NCBI GenBank assembly: GCA_963823665.1
Contig: CAWGMQ010000006.1
Coordinates: 640,001-704,000, forward strand
DNA from: an uncultured Planctomycetota bacterium
GTDB taxonomy: Bacteria > Planctomycetota > Planctomycetia > Isosphaerales > Isosphaeraceae
Reading direction: 5' to 3'
DNA length: 64,000 nucleotides
Part shown: in pieces, positions 28,666 through 38,092 of the stretch
Position numbering within the stretch: the first letter of the stretch is position 1
How the letters are laid out: each line of letters begins with the position of its first letter
Notes under the pieces: generated by a model
Told to the model about the DNA's origin: nothing
Databases searched by the model: none
Seen by the model: only the letters and a program-made list of their open reading frames with translations
Program-made: the position numbers and the translations under genes

Positions 28666-30497
28666 ATGGAACGATTCGGCAAGTTGATGGCTGTATTCGT
28701 GGTCGCGGTGCTGCCTTGGTTCGAGGCGTCGCCGTGCCGTGCCCAGTCGTCAGCCGCTTTACCGCCGACATCGCCCCCGGCGCGACAAACCCCCTCGTCA
28801 TCGACGCCGCCGGCCCAGGGGCCTTCGACTGGGGCAAGCGCGACGACACCGTTGGCGCCGCCACGGCCCTGGCCCGCAGCGACGTCGGCGTTGTCATCCC
28901 CCGCGCGCAGCCGCCCGCCGCCGTTCGGGAGGCGAGCGAGGCGACCGGGCCGCGAACGGCTGCGTCCGGAGCGCGCGTACCACCGCCGCGCCCCTTTCGA
29001 CCGCAAAGCGAGCGGACCGCCCCGCCGGCTCCGGCCCTCTCCGCGAACGAGGCTGACCACATCTTCGCGCTAAAGCCCGCGCCCTTGGAGCCGGCCGACC
29101 TCCGCTTTCCGATCAATCTGGCCACCGCCTTGCGTCTTTCCGACGCTCGCCCGCTGATCGTGGCCGCCGCCGAGGCCAGTGTATGGGTCGCTGAGGCGCA
29201 GCTCACGCGGGCCAAGGTCCTCTGGGTTCCTTCGTTCATGCTCGGTGCCGATTTAATCCGCCACGACGGCGGCGGCCCGGACATCAATAAGGGCATCATG
29301 ACCGTCAACAGCACGAACTTCTTTTACGGCGGTGCCGGGTTGTGGGAGCTGGTCAGCTTGACCGACGCTTACTTCGAGCCCCTGGCGGCGCGCCAGGTTC
29401 TGAACTCCCGCCAATGGGAAATTCAGACCGCCAAGAACAACGCCCTGCTCATGACTGCCGACGCCTACTTCAAGGTTCATCAATATCGAGGAATGTACGC
29501 CGGCGCCCTCTATGCCGTCGAACGGGGACACGACTTGGTCGAGCGGATCGCGCAATTGAGCCGCGACCTGGTCCCCGCGGTTGAGGTTGACCGGGCCCGG
29601 AACATGGTTGCCGACCTCGAGCAGCAGGCCACCTCCGCCCGCGAATCCTGGCGCGTCTCGAGCGCCAACCTCACCCAGATCCTCCGGCTCGACCCTCGCG
29701 CCGTCGTCGTGCCGCTCGAGCACGATCATCTTCAGCTCACCTTGATCGACCCCGCGGCGTCGCTCCATGAACTGACACGGGTCGCCGTGACCAACCGCCC
29801 CGAGCTCGCCTCACGCCGCGCGCTCGTCCAGGCGGCCGAAGTGCGAGTTCGCCGGGAGAAGTGGCGGCCCTTCCTGCCTTTGGTCGCGGTCAATGGCTTC
29901 CAGAGCGCCGGCATGTACTACAACATCGGAATATTCGGCCTCGGGCCCAACAGCAGCCTCAACCAGTATGTCGGCCGCGACGACGTTTCCTTGCAGTGCG
30001 TCTGGCAGATCGATGCGTTCGGAATCGGAAACCTCGCGCGGATCAAGCAGCAGCGAGGAGATCAGTCGAGCGCCATCGTCGAGCTTTTCAAGGCCCAGGA
30101 CACGGTCGCGAAGGAAGTGACGGCGGCTCAGGCGCACGTCCAGTCGGCCGCGGCCCGCGTCAGCCAGGCCCAGCGTGCCTTGCGAACCGGCATCATCACC
30201 TTCAACGGGCACATCGAGGGCATCGCCCAGACCACGCGATTGGAGAACTTCTTGATCATGGTCTACCGCCCGCAGGAAGCGGTCTACTCACTCGAGCTCT
30301 TGAAGCTGGCCTTCGACGAGTATTTTACCACCGTGAACGATTACAACCGGGCGCAGTTCGAGTTGTTCCACGCACTGGGTTATCCCGCCGGCGAAATCGC
30401 CATCCGCCGGCCCGCCGGCGAAATTCAGCCTGTCGATCTGGAACGTCCTGCCTACCTGCCTCGCGTGGGCAATGGGCCGCCTCCCGCGACCCGCTAA
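28666..30497 (+). CDS. TolC-family outer membrane factor (OMF4), probable frameshift in the Pro-rich linker (~28900-28980)
   Basis: GGAGG RBS + MERFGKL...LPWFEASPCRAQ signal (homologous to the OMF1 signal) lies in a different frame from the OMF body of ORF 28440-30497; ends NGPPPATR. Confidence 0.85.
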
Positions 30498-30606
30498 CCG
30501 CCCGGGTAGATTCAATCGGCCTGACCCAGCCGCCAACCTCCCTTGCCCCGCTGCCGGCCTATTGCCATAGGCGCGTATAATCGCATGGCGATTGATCACG
30601 CACCCG

Positions 30607-30710
30607 CCCTATGCGATTGCAACCATGTTGAGACGAGCCTCATAGTCGCCCTTCGCTCCGCGAAAGGGTTCCTCCCCTCCCTATGCGATTGCAACCATGT
30701 TGAGACGAGC
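30607..30710. repeat. Perfect 32-bp direct repeat (30607-30638, 30679-30710) around a hairpin CCCTTCGC-TCC-GCGAAAGGG
   Basis: CCCTATGCGATTGCAACCATGTTGAGACGAGC occurs twice, 72 bp apart, and includes the X3 start codon. Confidence 0.9.
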
Positions 30711-31377
30711 AGCCAGCGGATTTCGTCCCGTCGTCGAGCGAATGGAAGAGAAGCAACTGCTTAGCGCGGGCCTGGTAGCGGCTCACGCAGCCAGCCTCGC
30801 GTCAGGAATGCGGACTCCCAGCCATTCCCCAGCCGAGACACAGCGCGGCCTGTTCATGCTGTCTCGTATCACGAACACGGCATTCCCCTACACCGTCGAC
30901 TTGAAGCCGCCGTTCCAGCAAGTGTTGGTTCAAGCCGCCCAACCTGTGCCAGGCCAGATGTACAACGTACTCGAAGTCAGCGTGAGGAATGAAACGAGGC
31001 AGACGTTCACGGCCGCCAATGGGTTTTCCGTGCGGCTTGCGACCAGCGGCTCCGCGATTCCTCGCTCCTTCCCCATTCTGACAGCGAACGAGCAATGGAA
31101 ACCGCAGCAATTCATCACATTTTACGTTCTTACCAAGAAATACTATCCGGTGAGTCCGGTTCTGTCGGGAGGTTTCACGTTCAGCTTTGATCCGGGGCGG
31201 GTCGCGATACCGGGACCTTCGGGAATCGCGCTGCGGATCAAGTATAATCCGGCCAAGTTTGCCAGGACGCTCGACTGGCTGGTTGCGTATGGCCCGGGTG
31301 CAGAAGGGGGCGCGGGGGCGAAGCTGGGTTTGCCGGACACCGCCATTTGGCAGTTCACGGCGCCGAAGCCGGTGTAG
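30697..31377 (+). CDS. Unknown putative exported protein X3 (paralogue of X1/X2)
   Basis: FRPVVERMEEKQLLS leader; shared RITN/PPFQQVLVQ/QTFTA/FYVLTKKYY/PGPSGI.LRIKYNP motifs. Confidence 0.85.
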   Translation: MLRRAASGFRPVVERMEEKQLLSAGLVAAHAASLASGMRTPSHSPAETQRGLFMLSRITNTAFPYTVDLKPPFQQVLVQAAQPVPGQMYNVLEVSVRNETRQTFTAANGFSVRLATSGSAIPRSFPILTANEQWKPQQFITFYVLTKKYYPVSPVLSGGFTFSFDPGRVAIPGPSGIALRIKYNPAKFARTLDWLVAYGPGAEGGAGAKLGLPDTAIWQFTAPKPV

Positions 31378-31390
31378 TGGGGCAAATTCA

Positions 31391-34300
31391 CTACAACAGC
31401 TCAGCGGGCGGATCAGGTTTTTCGGGCGCAGCCGCAGCGTCGGGTACGGCAGCCGGAGTGGGCAGCGCTTCTGGGCCAGGGCCCTCGGCCGGGGAGTGCG
31501 GCGTGTGTGCGCCGCCATCGCCGGTGTCCGCGGACAATAATGGATCGTAGAACCGGCTGTGCACGTCGCCTGGGTAGATCGACGGAGATCGTGCGGCCTT
31601 GTTGCCGATGACGACCGCGAAGACCGAGGGGACGACCAGCAACGTGGCGAATGTCGAGAACACCAACCCGCCGATGACTGCCAGCCCCAGCGGGGCCTGC
31701 ATCTGGCTTCCTTTCTCGAGCGCCAGCGCCATGGGCACCATGCCGACGGTCATCGCGCAGGCGGTCATCAGGATCGCCCGTAGTCGCTCACCGGCCCCGA
31801 CCACGGCCGCCTGGGTCGACGACGCTCCGGCTTTCCAGTGCTCGTTCATGAACGTGACGAGCAACACCGAATTCGACACCGAGACCCCCAGTGACATGAT
31901 CGAGCCCATGAACGACTCGATGTTGAGCGACGTGTTGGTGAAGTAGAGGATGATGGCGATGCCCGCCAGGACGCCCGGCACGGAGCTCACGGAGATCAAT
32001 GCCAGTCGTGGCGACTGGTAATTGGCCGTCAGGAGCACGAAGATGACGAACACGGCGACGGCCAGCCCGATCGAAAGCGCCTTGAACATCTCGAGCATCG
32101 GGGGGAGCTGACCCATGGGCTCGACGCGCACGCCGCGCGGCGGCTCGCCGGCGGCATCGATCGCCTTCGCGACTTGATTCGAGGCCCGGCCCATGTCTTC
32201 GCCCTCGACGTTGGCTGTGACCGTCAGGTAGCGTTGCGACATGTCACGGTCGAGCTCGCCGGGTCGAGTGCCCCTGCGAACCGTCGCCACGTCGCGGACC
32301 AGCAGATTGACCAGGGGGTTGACCGTCGCGATCGGCAATATCTCGACGTCCTCGGGCTTCTCCATCCGCAGCGGAGGCACCTGAATCTGGACCAGGTAGT
32401 CGAAGCCGGTCTTGACGTCCACCCAGTAATTCAGCGAATGAAACCGGGTCGAGGCTGTTGCCATGACGAGCGCGTGGGCGACGTCGTCGACCTTGGCGCC
32501 GGAGAGCCCCGCTTTCTCGCGGTCGACGACCATCTCGACCGTGGGGTAGTCGAGCGTCTGCTCGAACTGGACGTCGCGGAGATACTTGATGCGCTTCATC
32601 GACCTGGCGATCTTCTCGGCGTGCTCGCGCACCAGTTTGAGATCCGTGCCGACCACCCGCACCGCGATGGGCGTCAGCGAGCCGAAGCTCATGACCTTGG
32701 TCACGATATCACCCGGCTCGAAACCGAACGTCGCCCGCTCCGCCTCCCGCCGGGCCTCTTCCCTGGATAACCCCCCGCGCTCCAGCCGCGCTTCCAGCCA
32801 CGGGATCACCCGCTTGGGAAGCACTTTGCGCAGCCGCTCGCGAAACGCGGCGAGCTTGATTCCGCTGCCATCGCGGAAGGCGACCCGAAGCTGGCCGTCG
32901 TCGGGCCCACGCATGAACAGCACCATGTTGTCGATGCCGAAGTTCGGGGCGACCTGGCCGACGTAGCCCATCGTGATGTCGATGTTCTCGGGCTTGGCCT
33001 CGTTCTCAATCTCCTCGAGGCACTTGACGGCGAGCTCCCGCGTCAGCTCGAAATTCGAGCCGGGGGGCGGCCGGAATCGCAGCACGAACTGCCCTGAATC
33101 GATCTGCGGGAACAATTCCCTGCCGACCTGCAAGCCCAGGACACCCAGCACCACCGCGCACCCCAAGAGGTAGCCCGGAACCACCCACCACCGCAGCCGA
33201 ACCAGAGCCCCGACCGCCCTGGAATAGACGGAAAGCATCCGGTCGAAGATCCCCTCTTTTTCGGCGCCGTGTGCGGAATGCTTGAGGAGAGCCACGCAGA
33301 AAACCGGTACGAACGTGCTCGAAAGCAGATAGGCCGAGATCATTGCAAACCCGACCGCGAGCGTCAGCGGCATGAACAGCGACCGCAGGGGGTCGCTCAT
33401 GATGAACGCCGGCACGAATACCGACAGGATGCACAAAAGCGCCAGCAGGATCGGTATCGCCGTGGCGTAGAGTCCGCGCAATACGGCTGTGTTGATCTTG
33501 TCCGTGCCCCGCATCTGCACGTGGATGTTCTCGATCGTGACCGTGGACATGTCGACCAGGATTCCGATCGCCAGCGCCATCCCACCTAACGACATGATGT
33601 TGATCGTGTTGCCCGTCAGCCACAGCCCGAACAACGAACCCAGGAGGGCGAGTGGAATATTCGCCACCACGACGATCACGCTGCGCACATCTTTCAGGAA
33701 CAGAAGAATCATGAGCCCGGTCAGCCCCGCGCCGATCAAGCCTTCCGTGGCCACGCTCTCGACCGCCGCCCTCACCGTGGGCGACTCGTCAAACTCGAAG
33801 TTGACCTTCACATCCTTGGGAACGGCTTCCCGGAAGTCCTTCATGTGCTTGTGCACGTCGTCCACGACCGTCAGCGTCGAGCCGGTGTCCTTCTTGATGA
33901 TCGGCAGATAGACCGATTTCTTGCCGTTGACCAGCGCGTACCCGTACGTGATGTCGGTGTCGTCCTGGAACGTCGCCACGTCGCGGAGATAGACGTTCAG
34001 CCCCACCTTGACCGGGATATCGCCCAGTTTCTGAATGTCGACGACCGTCGCATTGTTCGAGACCAGGGGCATCGAGTCCTTGATATAAACGTTGCCCGCT
34101 GGAATGATCGTGTTTCCTGTCGCCATTGCCTCGATCACCTGCTGCGGCGTGATGTTGTAGGCGAGCAGCTTCTGCGGGTTGACATTGATGATGATCGATC
34201 GCATGTTGGGGCCGAACGGCGAGATGGCCACCGTCCCGGGCACGTACTTCTGGACCAGCGGCCGGATGACGTTCTGCGCATAGTCGCCCATCTGCCCCAG

Positions 34301-34747
34301 CGATGTCTCGTCGCTCTCGAAAACGAGGTAGCCGACGGGAACGCTTCCCGAATCCATGCGCATGATCATGGGGGGCAATGTCCCCTTGGGCATCCACGAC
34401 ATGGCCCGGTCCGACATCGCAACGACCTGGGCCATCGCCTGTCCCATGTCGGTGCCCGGGAAGAACGACAGCCGGCACAAGGCGACCTGCTGGATGTTGC
34501 GCGTGTCGATATCCTGAATGCCGTCAACGTACTGAAAGTACAGCTCGAGCTGGTTGACGATGAACCCCTCGACCTGATCGGGGCTCATGCCGATGTAGTC
34601 GAGGAATACATAGATCTTGGGGGTGTTGAGCGCCGGAAAAATGTCAACGCGCATCCGCGTGAAGGCAAGAGCACCGCCGCTGACTAGCGCCACCACGAGC
34701 ATGAGTATCGTGATCGGTCGCCGCATCGCGAAAACGGTCGGATTCAT
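31391..34747 (-). CDS. RND efflux permease subunit (RND2)
   Basis: Close paralogue of RND1; TM4 reads GILVDMSTV and TM11 ERLRAILMT. Confidence 0.96.
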   Translation of the reverse strand: MNPTVFAMRRPITILMLVVALVSGGALAFTRMRVDIFPALNTPKIYVFLDYIGMSPDQVEGFIVNQLELYFQYVDGIQDIDTRNIQQVALCRLSFFPGTDMGQAMAQVVAMSDRAMSWMPKGTLPPMIMRMDSGSVPVGYLVFESDETSLGQMGDYAQNVIRPLVQKYVPGTVAISPFGPNMRSIIINVNPQKLLAYNITPQQVIEAMATGNTIIPAGNVYIKDSMPLVSNNATVVDIQKLGDIPVKVGLNVYLRDVATFQDDTDITYGYALVNGKKSVYLPIIKKDTGSTLTVVDDVHKHMKDFREAVPKDVKVNFEFDESPTVRAAVESVATEGLIGAGLTGLMILLFLKDVRSVIVVVANIPLALLGSLFGLWLTGNTINIMSLGGMALAIGILVDMSTVTIENIHVQMRGTDKINTAVLRGLYATAIPILLALLCILSVFVPAFIMSDPLRSLFMPLTLAVGFAMISAYLLSSTFVPVFCVALLKHSAHGAEKEGIFDRMLSVYSRAVGALVRLRWWVVPGYLLGCAVVLGVLGLQVGRELFPQIDSGQFVLRFRPPPGSNFELTRELAVKCLEEIENEAKPENIDITMGYVGQVAPNFGIDNMVLFMRGPDDGQLRVAFRDGSGIKLAAFRERLRKVLPKRVIPWLEARLERGGLSREEARREAERATFGFEPGDIVTKVMSFGSLTPIAVRVVGTDLKLVREHAEKIARSMKRIKYLRDVQFEQTLDYPTVEMVVDREKAGLSGAKVDDVAHALVMATASTRFHSLNYWVDVKTGFDYLVQIQVPPLRMEKPEDVEILPIATVNPLVNLLVRDVATVRRGTRPGELDRDMSQRYLTVTANVEGEDMGRASNQVAKAIDAAGEPPRGVRVEPMGQLPPMLEMFKALSIGLAVAVFVIFVLLTANYQSPRLALISVSSVPGVLAGIAIILYFTNTSLNIESFMGSIMSLGVSVSNSVLLVTFMNEHWKAGASSTQAAVVGAGERLRAILMTACAMTVGMVPMALALEKGSQMQAPLGLAVIGGLVFSTFATLLVVPSVFAVVIGNKAARSPSIYPGDVHSRFYDPLLSADTGDGGAHTPHSPAEGPGPEALPTPAAVPDAAAAPEKPDPPAELL

Positions 34748-34983
34748 GATGGGTACTTCCGATCTATTCCGGCGATCCCGCGGGTGAAGCCGCTTCTAGT
34801 CTCTACGGGTGCAGAACGGGCATGGCGAGATTTCGGCTCTACCTCCTGGGTCCGCAGAATCGCGCAGGAGCTCGATTCTTCCTGAATTACAAATATGCAC
34901 GACCATTATCTATCATAAAAAGGTCCAGGCACAATGATGCATTATAACGCCGATACGATCTTTGGTCCAGCATCAACTCCCAC

Positions 34984-36444
34984 TTAGTTAGCTTGGGGCT
35001 GTGAGCCGGTTTCCGCCCGGGGAGCCGCTGGCTGAGGACTGCCCCCCTGAGGACTCTCCGGCGGATGACTCTCCGGCTGCGCCTCGTCCCGAACTTTGGC
35101 GGCATTCTTCTCGGCGTCCGACGCGGACAGCACCTCGACGGGGCCGCCGTCGGCGAGGACCGACAAGTTGCCCAGGATCACCTCTTCCGCGCCGCTTACC
35201 GGTGTCCACGAATCGCCGCCCTCCAGTGAAGGCCTCTGGAGCCTGGTGATCTCGATGTACTTACCGTCGCTCACGCCCGTTCGAACTTCAGTTCTCTTGG
35301 CCTTGCCGTTCTCATGTTGCCAGCAGTAGGTCTTCTTTCCGCGGTAGGAGAGGGCCTCCAGCGGCAGCGCGCGCACGTTGGGTCGCTCGATGATCACCTT
35401 GGCGTAGACGTACATGCCTGGCAGGAGCTGGCTCTTGGGGTTGGCGAGGTCGATCTCGGCACGGAGCGTGCGGTTCTTGATGTTCAAGGTCCGCGACGTA
35501 TGGGCGACTTTGCCCACAATCGGCTCTTCGCTGTACGCCTCGGGAACGACGGTCGCCTTGGTGCCGGCTTGCACGTAGCTGGCATCCTGCTCGGGGATAT
35601 CGACGGAGATCCGGACGGTGTCGAGGCGGCCGATCACGCAGATCGGCGCGGCCGTTGTCCGATGGGAGACGTGGGGCGAATGCTCCATCGCGGTCGGGTC
35701 ACCGGTTGCGGGCCGGACGAAATCGAACGTGTTGGCGTTGCGGGCCACGACCACGCCGTCGACGGGGGCGCGGAGCTTCAGGCAGCCGACCCAGGCCTCG
35801 GTCCGCTTGGCAACGCTCACGGCGACGGAGAGATCGACTTCGTCGATCTCGACTTCGGGCTTATCTTTCTCCAGGGAAGACTCTCTCCAGAGCGCGACCG
35901 TCGTTGCCCTGGAGACCGTCGCGGCCGCGGCAGCTCGCGCGGCAACGCTCGCCTTCAACTGATTGGTCAACTCGAGCAGGATCTGCGGGTCGACGATGCC
36001 CCGCTCGAGTTCATGCTCGAGCCGTTTGACTTCGGAGTCCCAGCGCTCGACCTCGGCCTCGTACTTGTCGAGGATCGCCCTGGTTTCCTTGACCATTTCG
36101 GGCACATAAAGGATGGCGAGCGTGTCTCCCTTATCCACTCGGTCCCCGATGTCGACGTTCCAATTTTCGATGTAGGCCGCCACCTCGAGAAACACCGATG
36201 ATTGCTCGCGGGTTTCGATAATGCTGGGCTGGCCGACGATCCGCACAATCTTGCGCAGCTCGGGCCTGATGATATGAACCACCGGCGGCTCGGTGACCGT
36301 GTTGTCGATCCCTTTCTCGGCGCGAGCGCAGCCCGGTGCCGCCCCGAAGGCGAGCAGCGCGCAGATCAGCAGTCCCCTGGCGGGCAAACGACTGAAAATC
36401 GCAGACCAGAGGCGCGCCACACATCTGTGATCTCCAATCGCCAT
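34984..36444 (-). CDS. RND periplasmic adaptor (MFP3) with a 38-aa in-frame hairpin deletion; possibly degenerate
   Basis: Paralogue of MFP4/MFP5; AAPGC lipobox; PEMV joined directly to KETRAIL. Start uncertain: the ATG homologous to the paralogue starts (36424) is out of frame. Confidence 0.8.
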   Translation of the reverse strand: MAIGDHRCVARLWSAIFSRLPARGLLICALLAFGAAPGCARAEKGIDNTVTEPPVVHIIRPELRKIVRIVGQPSIIETREQSSVFLEVAAYIENWNVDIGDRVDKGDTLAILYVPEMVKETRAILDKYEAEVERWDSEVKRLEHELERGIVDPQILLELTNQLKASVAARAAAAATVSRATTVALWRESSLEKDKPEVEIDEVDLSVAVSVAKRTEAWVGCLKLRAPVDGVVVARNANTFDFVRPATGDPTAMEHSPHVSHRTTAAPICVIGRLDTVRISVDIPEQDASYVQAGTKATVVPEAYSEEPIVGKVAHTSRTLNIKNRTLRAEIDLANPKSQLLPGMYVYAKVIIERPNVRALPLEALSYRGKKTYCWQHENGKAKRTEVRTGVSDGKYIEITRLQRPSLEGGDSWTPVSGAEEVILGNLSVLADGGPVEVLSASDAEKNAAKVRDEAQPESHPPESPQGGSPQPAAPRAETGSQPQAN

Positions 36445-36448
36445 CTAA

Positions 36449-38071
36449 CTAACGAATCCCCTCGGCGGGCCCTGCGGAAGCTGGGCTAACCGTGACGACG
36501 TTGGCTGGGGCTTGGGGCGCTGAGCCGGTTTCCGCACGGGAAGGCACCGGCTGGGGACTTCCGGGCTGAGGATTGACCGGCTGAGGAGTTCCCGCCTCGG
36601 GACTATCTGGCTGAGCCGCATCCGGAACTTCCTCGGCGACTCGCTCGGCGTCCGATCCCGGCAGCACCTCGACAGGGTCGCCCTCAGCCAGGAGCGATAG
36701 GTCGCCCAGGATCACCAGCTCCGAACCGCTTACCGGTTCCCAGGAATCGGCGCCCTCCGGTGCCGTGCGTGGCTTGAGGCCCGTGATCTCGATGAACCGC
36801 CCGTCGCTGGCGCCGGTCTCGACCTCGGTTCTGACGGCCTTGCCATTCTCAAGTTGCCAGCAGTAGGCCAACTCACCGCTGTACGAGAGCGCGGCCAGCG
36901 GTAGCGTGCGCATGCTGGGGCGCTCGATGATCACCTTGGCGTAGGCGTACATGCCTGGCAGGAGCTGGCTCTTGGGGTTGGGGAGGTCGATCTCGGCACG
37001 GAGCGTCCGGCTCTTGATGTTCAAGGCCCACGACGTCCGCGTGACGCTCCCCGGGATCGGCTGATCGCCGAACGCCTTGGCAACGATGGTCGCCTTGGTG
37101 CCGACATGAACGTAGTTGGCATCCTGCTCGGGAATATCGACGAAGATTCGCACGATGTCGACGCGTTCGACCACGTAGATCGGCGCGGCGCTTTTCCCGG
37201 GAGAAAGGTGGGGCGAGCGCTCCATCGAGGTCGGGTCGCCCGATGTGGGCAGGACGAAGTCGAATGTGTTGGCGTTGCGGGCCACGATCACGCCGTCGAA
37301 GGGTGCGGGGAGCTTTAAGTAGCTGACGAGCGCGTCGAGCCGCTTGGCTTCGCTCACTGCCACGGAGAGGTCGGCCCGGGCGACCTCGACTTCAACCTTA
37401 TTCTTTTCGAGGGACGACTCTCTGGAGAGCAAGTCTGCCTCAGCCCTGGCGATCGTCGCCGACGCAGCCGACCGCGCAGCGACGCTGGCCTTCCACTGAT
37501 CCGTCGACTCGAAAAGGATCTGCGGGTCGACGATGCCCTTGTCGACTTCATTCTTGAGCCGCTTGACTTCCGCGTCCCAGCGCTCGACCTCGGCTTCGTA
37601 CTTGTTGTAGATCTCCTTGGCTTCCTTGAGGCTGGCTTGAGCGGCTCGCACGTCGGCTCCTGCGACCTTGACGATCTTGATGGTGCGCTCGACTCGCTGC
37701 TCATCCAGCTTGACAGTTGCCTTCTTGGTTTCGAGATCCTCGACCATTTCGGGCGCGAAGAGAGTTGCCAGGATTTGACCCTTCTTCACGCGGTCGCCGA
37801 TATCGACGTTCCATTCTTCGATGTAGCCCGTTACCTTGGGAAACACCGATGATCGCTCGTAGCTTTCGATAAAGCTGGGCTGACCGACAATCCGTACGAT
37901 CTTGCGCAGCTCGGGCCTGATGATGTGAACCGCCGGCGATTCGGCGACCGTGTTGTCGATCTCCTCCTCGTCGTGGCCGCAGCCTGAAGCGGCCACGAAA
38001 AGCACAGCGCAGATCACCATACCCGAGTTGGGGAAACGATTCGAAATCACAGACCAGAGCGCGCGAGTCAT
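36449..38071 (-). CDS. RND periplasmic adaptor (MFP4), lipoprotein
   Basis: GGAG RBS; AASGC lipobox; MFP motifs; C-terminal PQP repeats. Confidence 0.93.
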   Translation of the reverse strand: MTRALWSVISNRFPNSGMVICAVLFVAASGCGHDEEEIDNTVAESPAVHIIRPELRKIVRIVGQPSFIESYERSSVFPKVTGYIEEWNVDIGDRVKKGQILATLFAPEMVEDLETKKATVKLDEQRVERTIKIVKVAGADVRAAQASLKEAKEIYNKYEAEVERWDAEVKRLKNEVDKGIVDPQILFESTDQWKASVAARSAASATIARAEADLLSRESSLEKNKVEVEVARADLSVAVSEAKRLDALVSYLKLPAPFDGVIVARNANTFDFVLPTSGDPTSMERSPHLSPGKSAAPIYVVERVDIVRIFVDIPEQDANYVHVGTKATIVAKAFGDQPIPGSVTRTSWALNIKSRTLRAEIDLPNPKSQLLPGMYAYAKVIIERPSMRTLPLAALSYSGELAYCWQLENGKAVRTEVETGASDGRFIEITGLKPRTAPEGADSWEPVSGSELVILGDLSLLAEGDPVEVLPGSDAERVAEEVPDAAQPDSPEAGTPQPVNPQPGSPQPVPSRAETGSAPQAPANVVTVSPASAGPAEGIR

Positions 38072-38092
38072 CTGGAATCTCCAATGGCTTTT

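Noticed and set aside
28440..28900. N-terminal ~150 aa of the 685-aa ORF as the true OMF4 start
   Set aside because: No signal peptide; the RBS and OMF1-like signal start at 28666 in another frame.
24399..30710. Repeat-spacer-repeat units of 42 and 32 bp as mini CRISPR arrays
   Set aside because: Only two copies each, the two repeats are unrelated, the palindrome is in the spacer rather than the repeat, and there are no cas genes.
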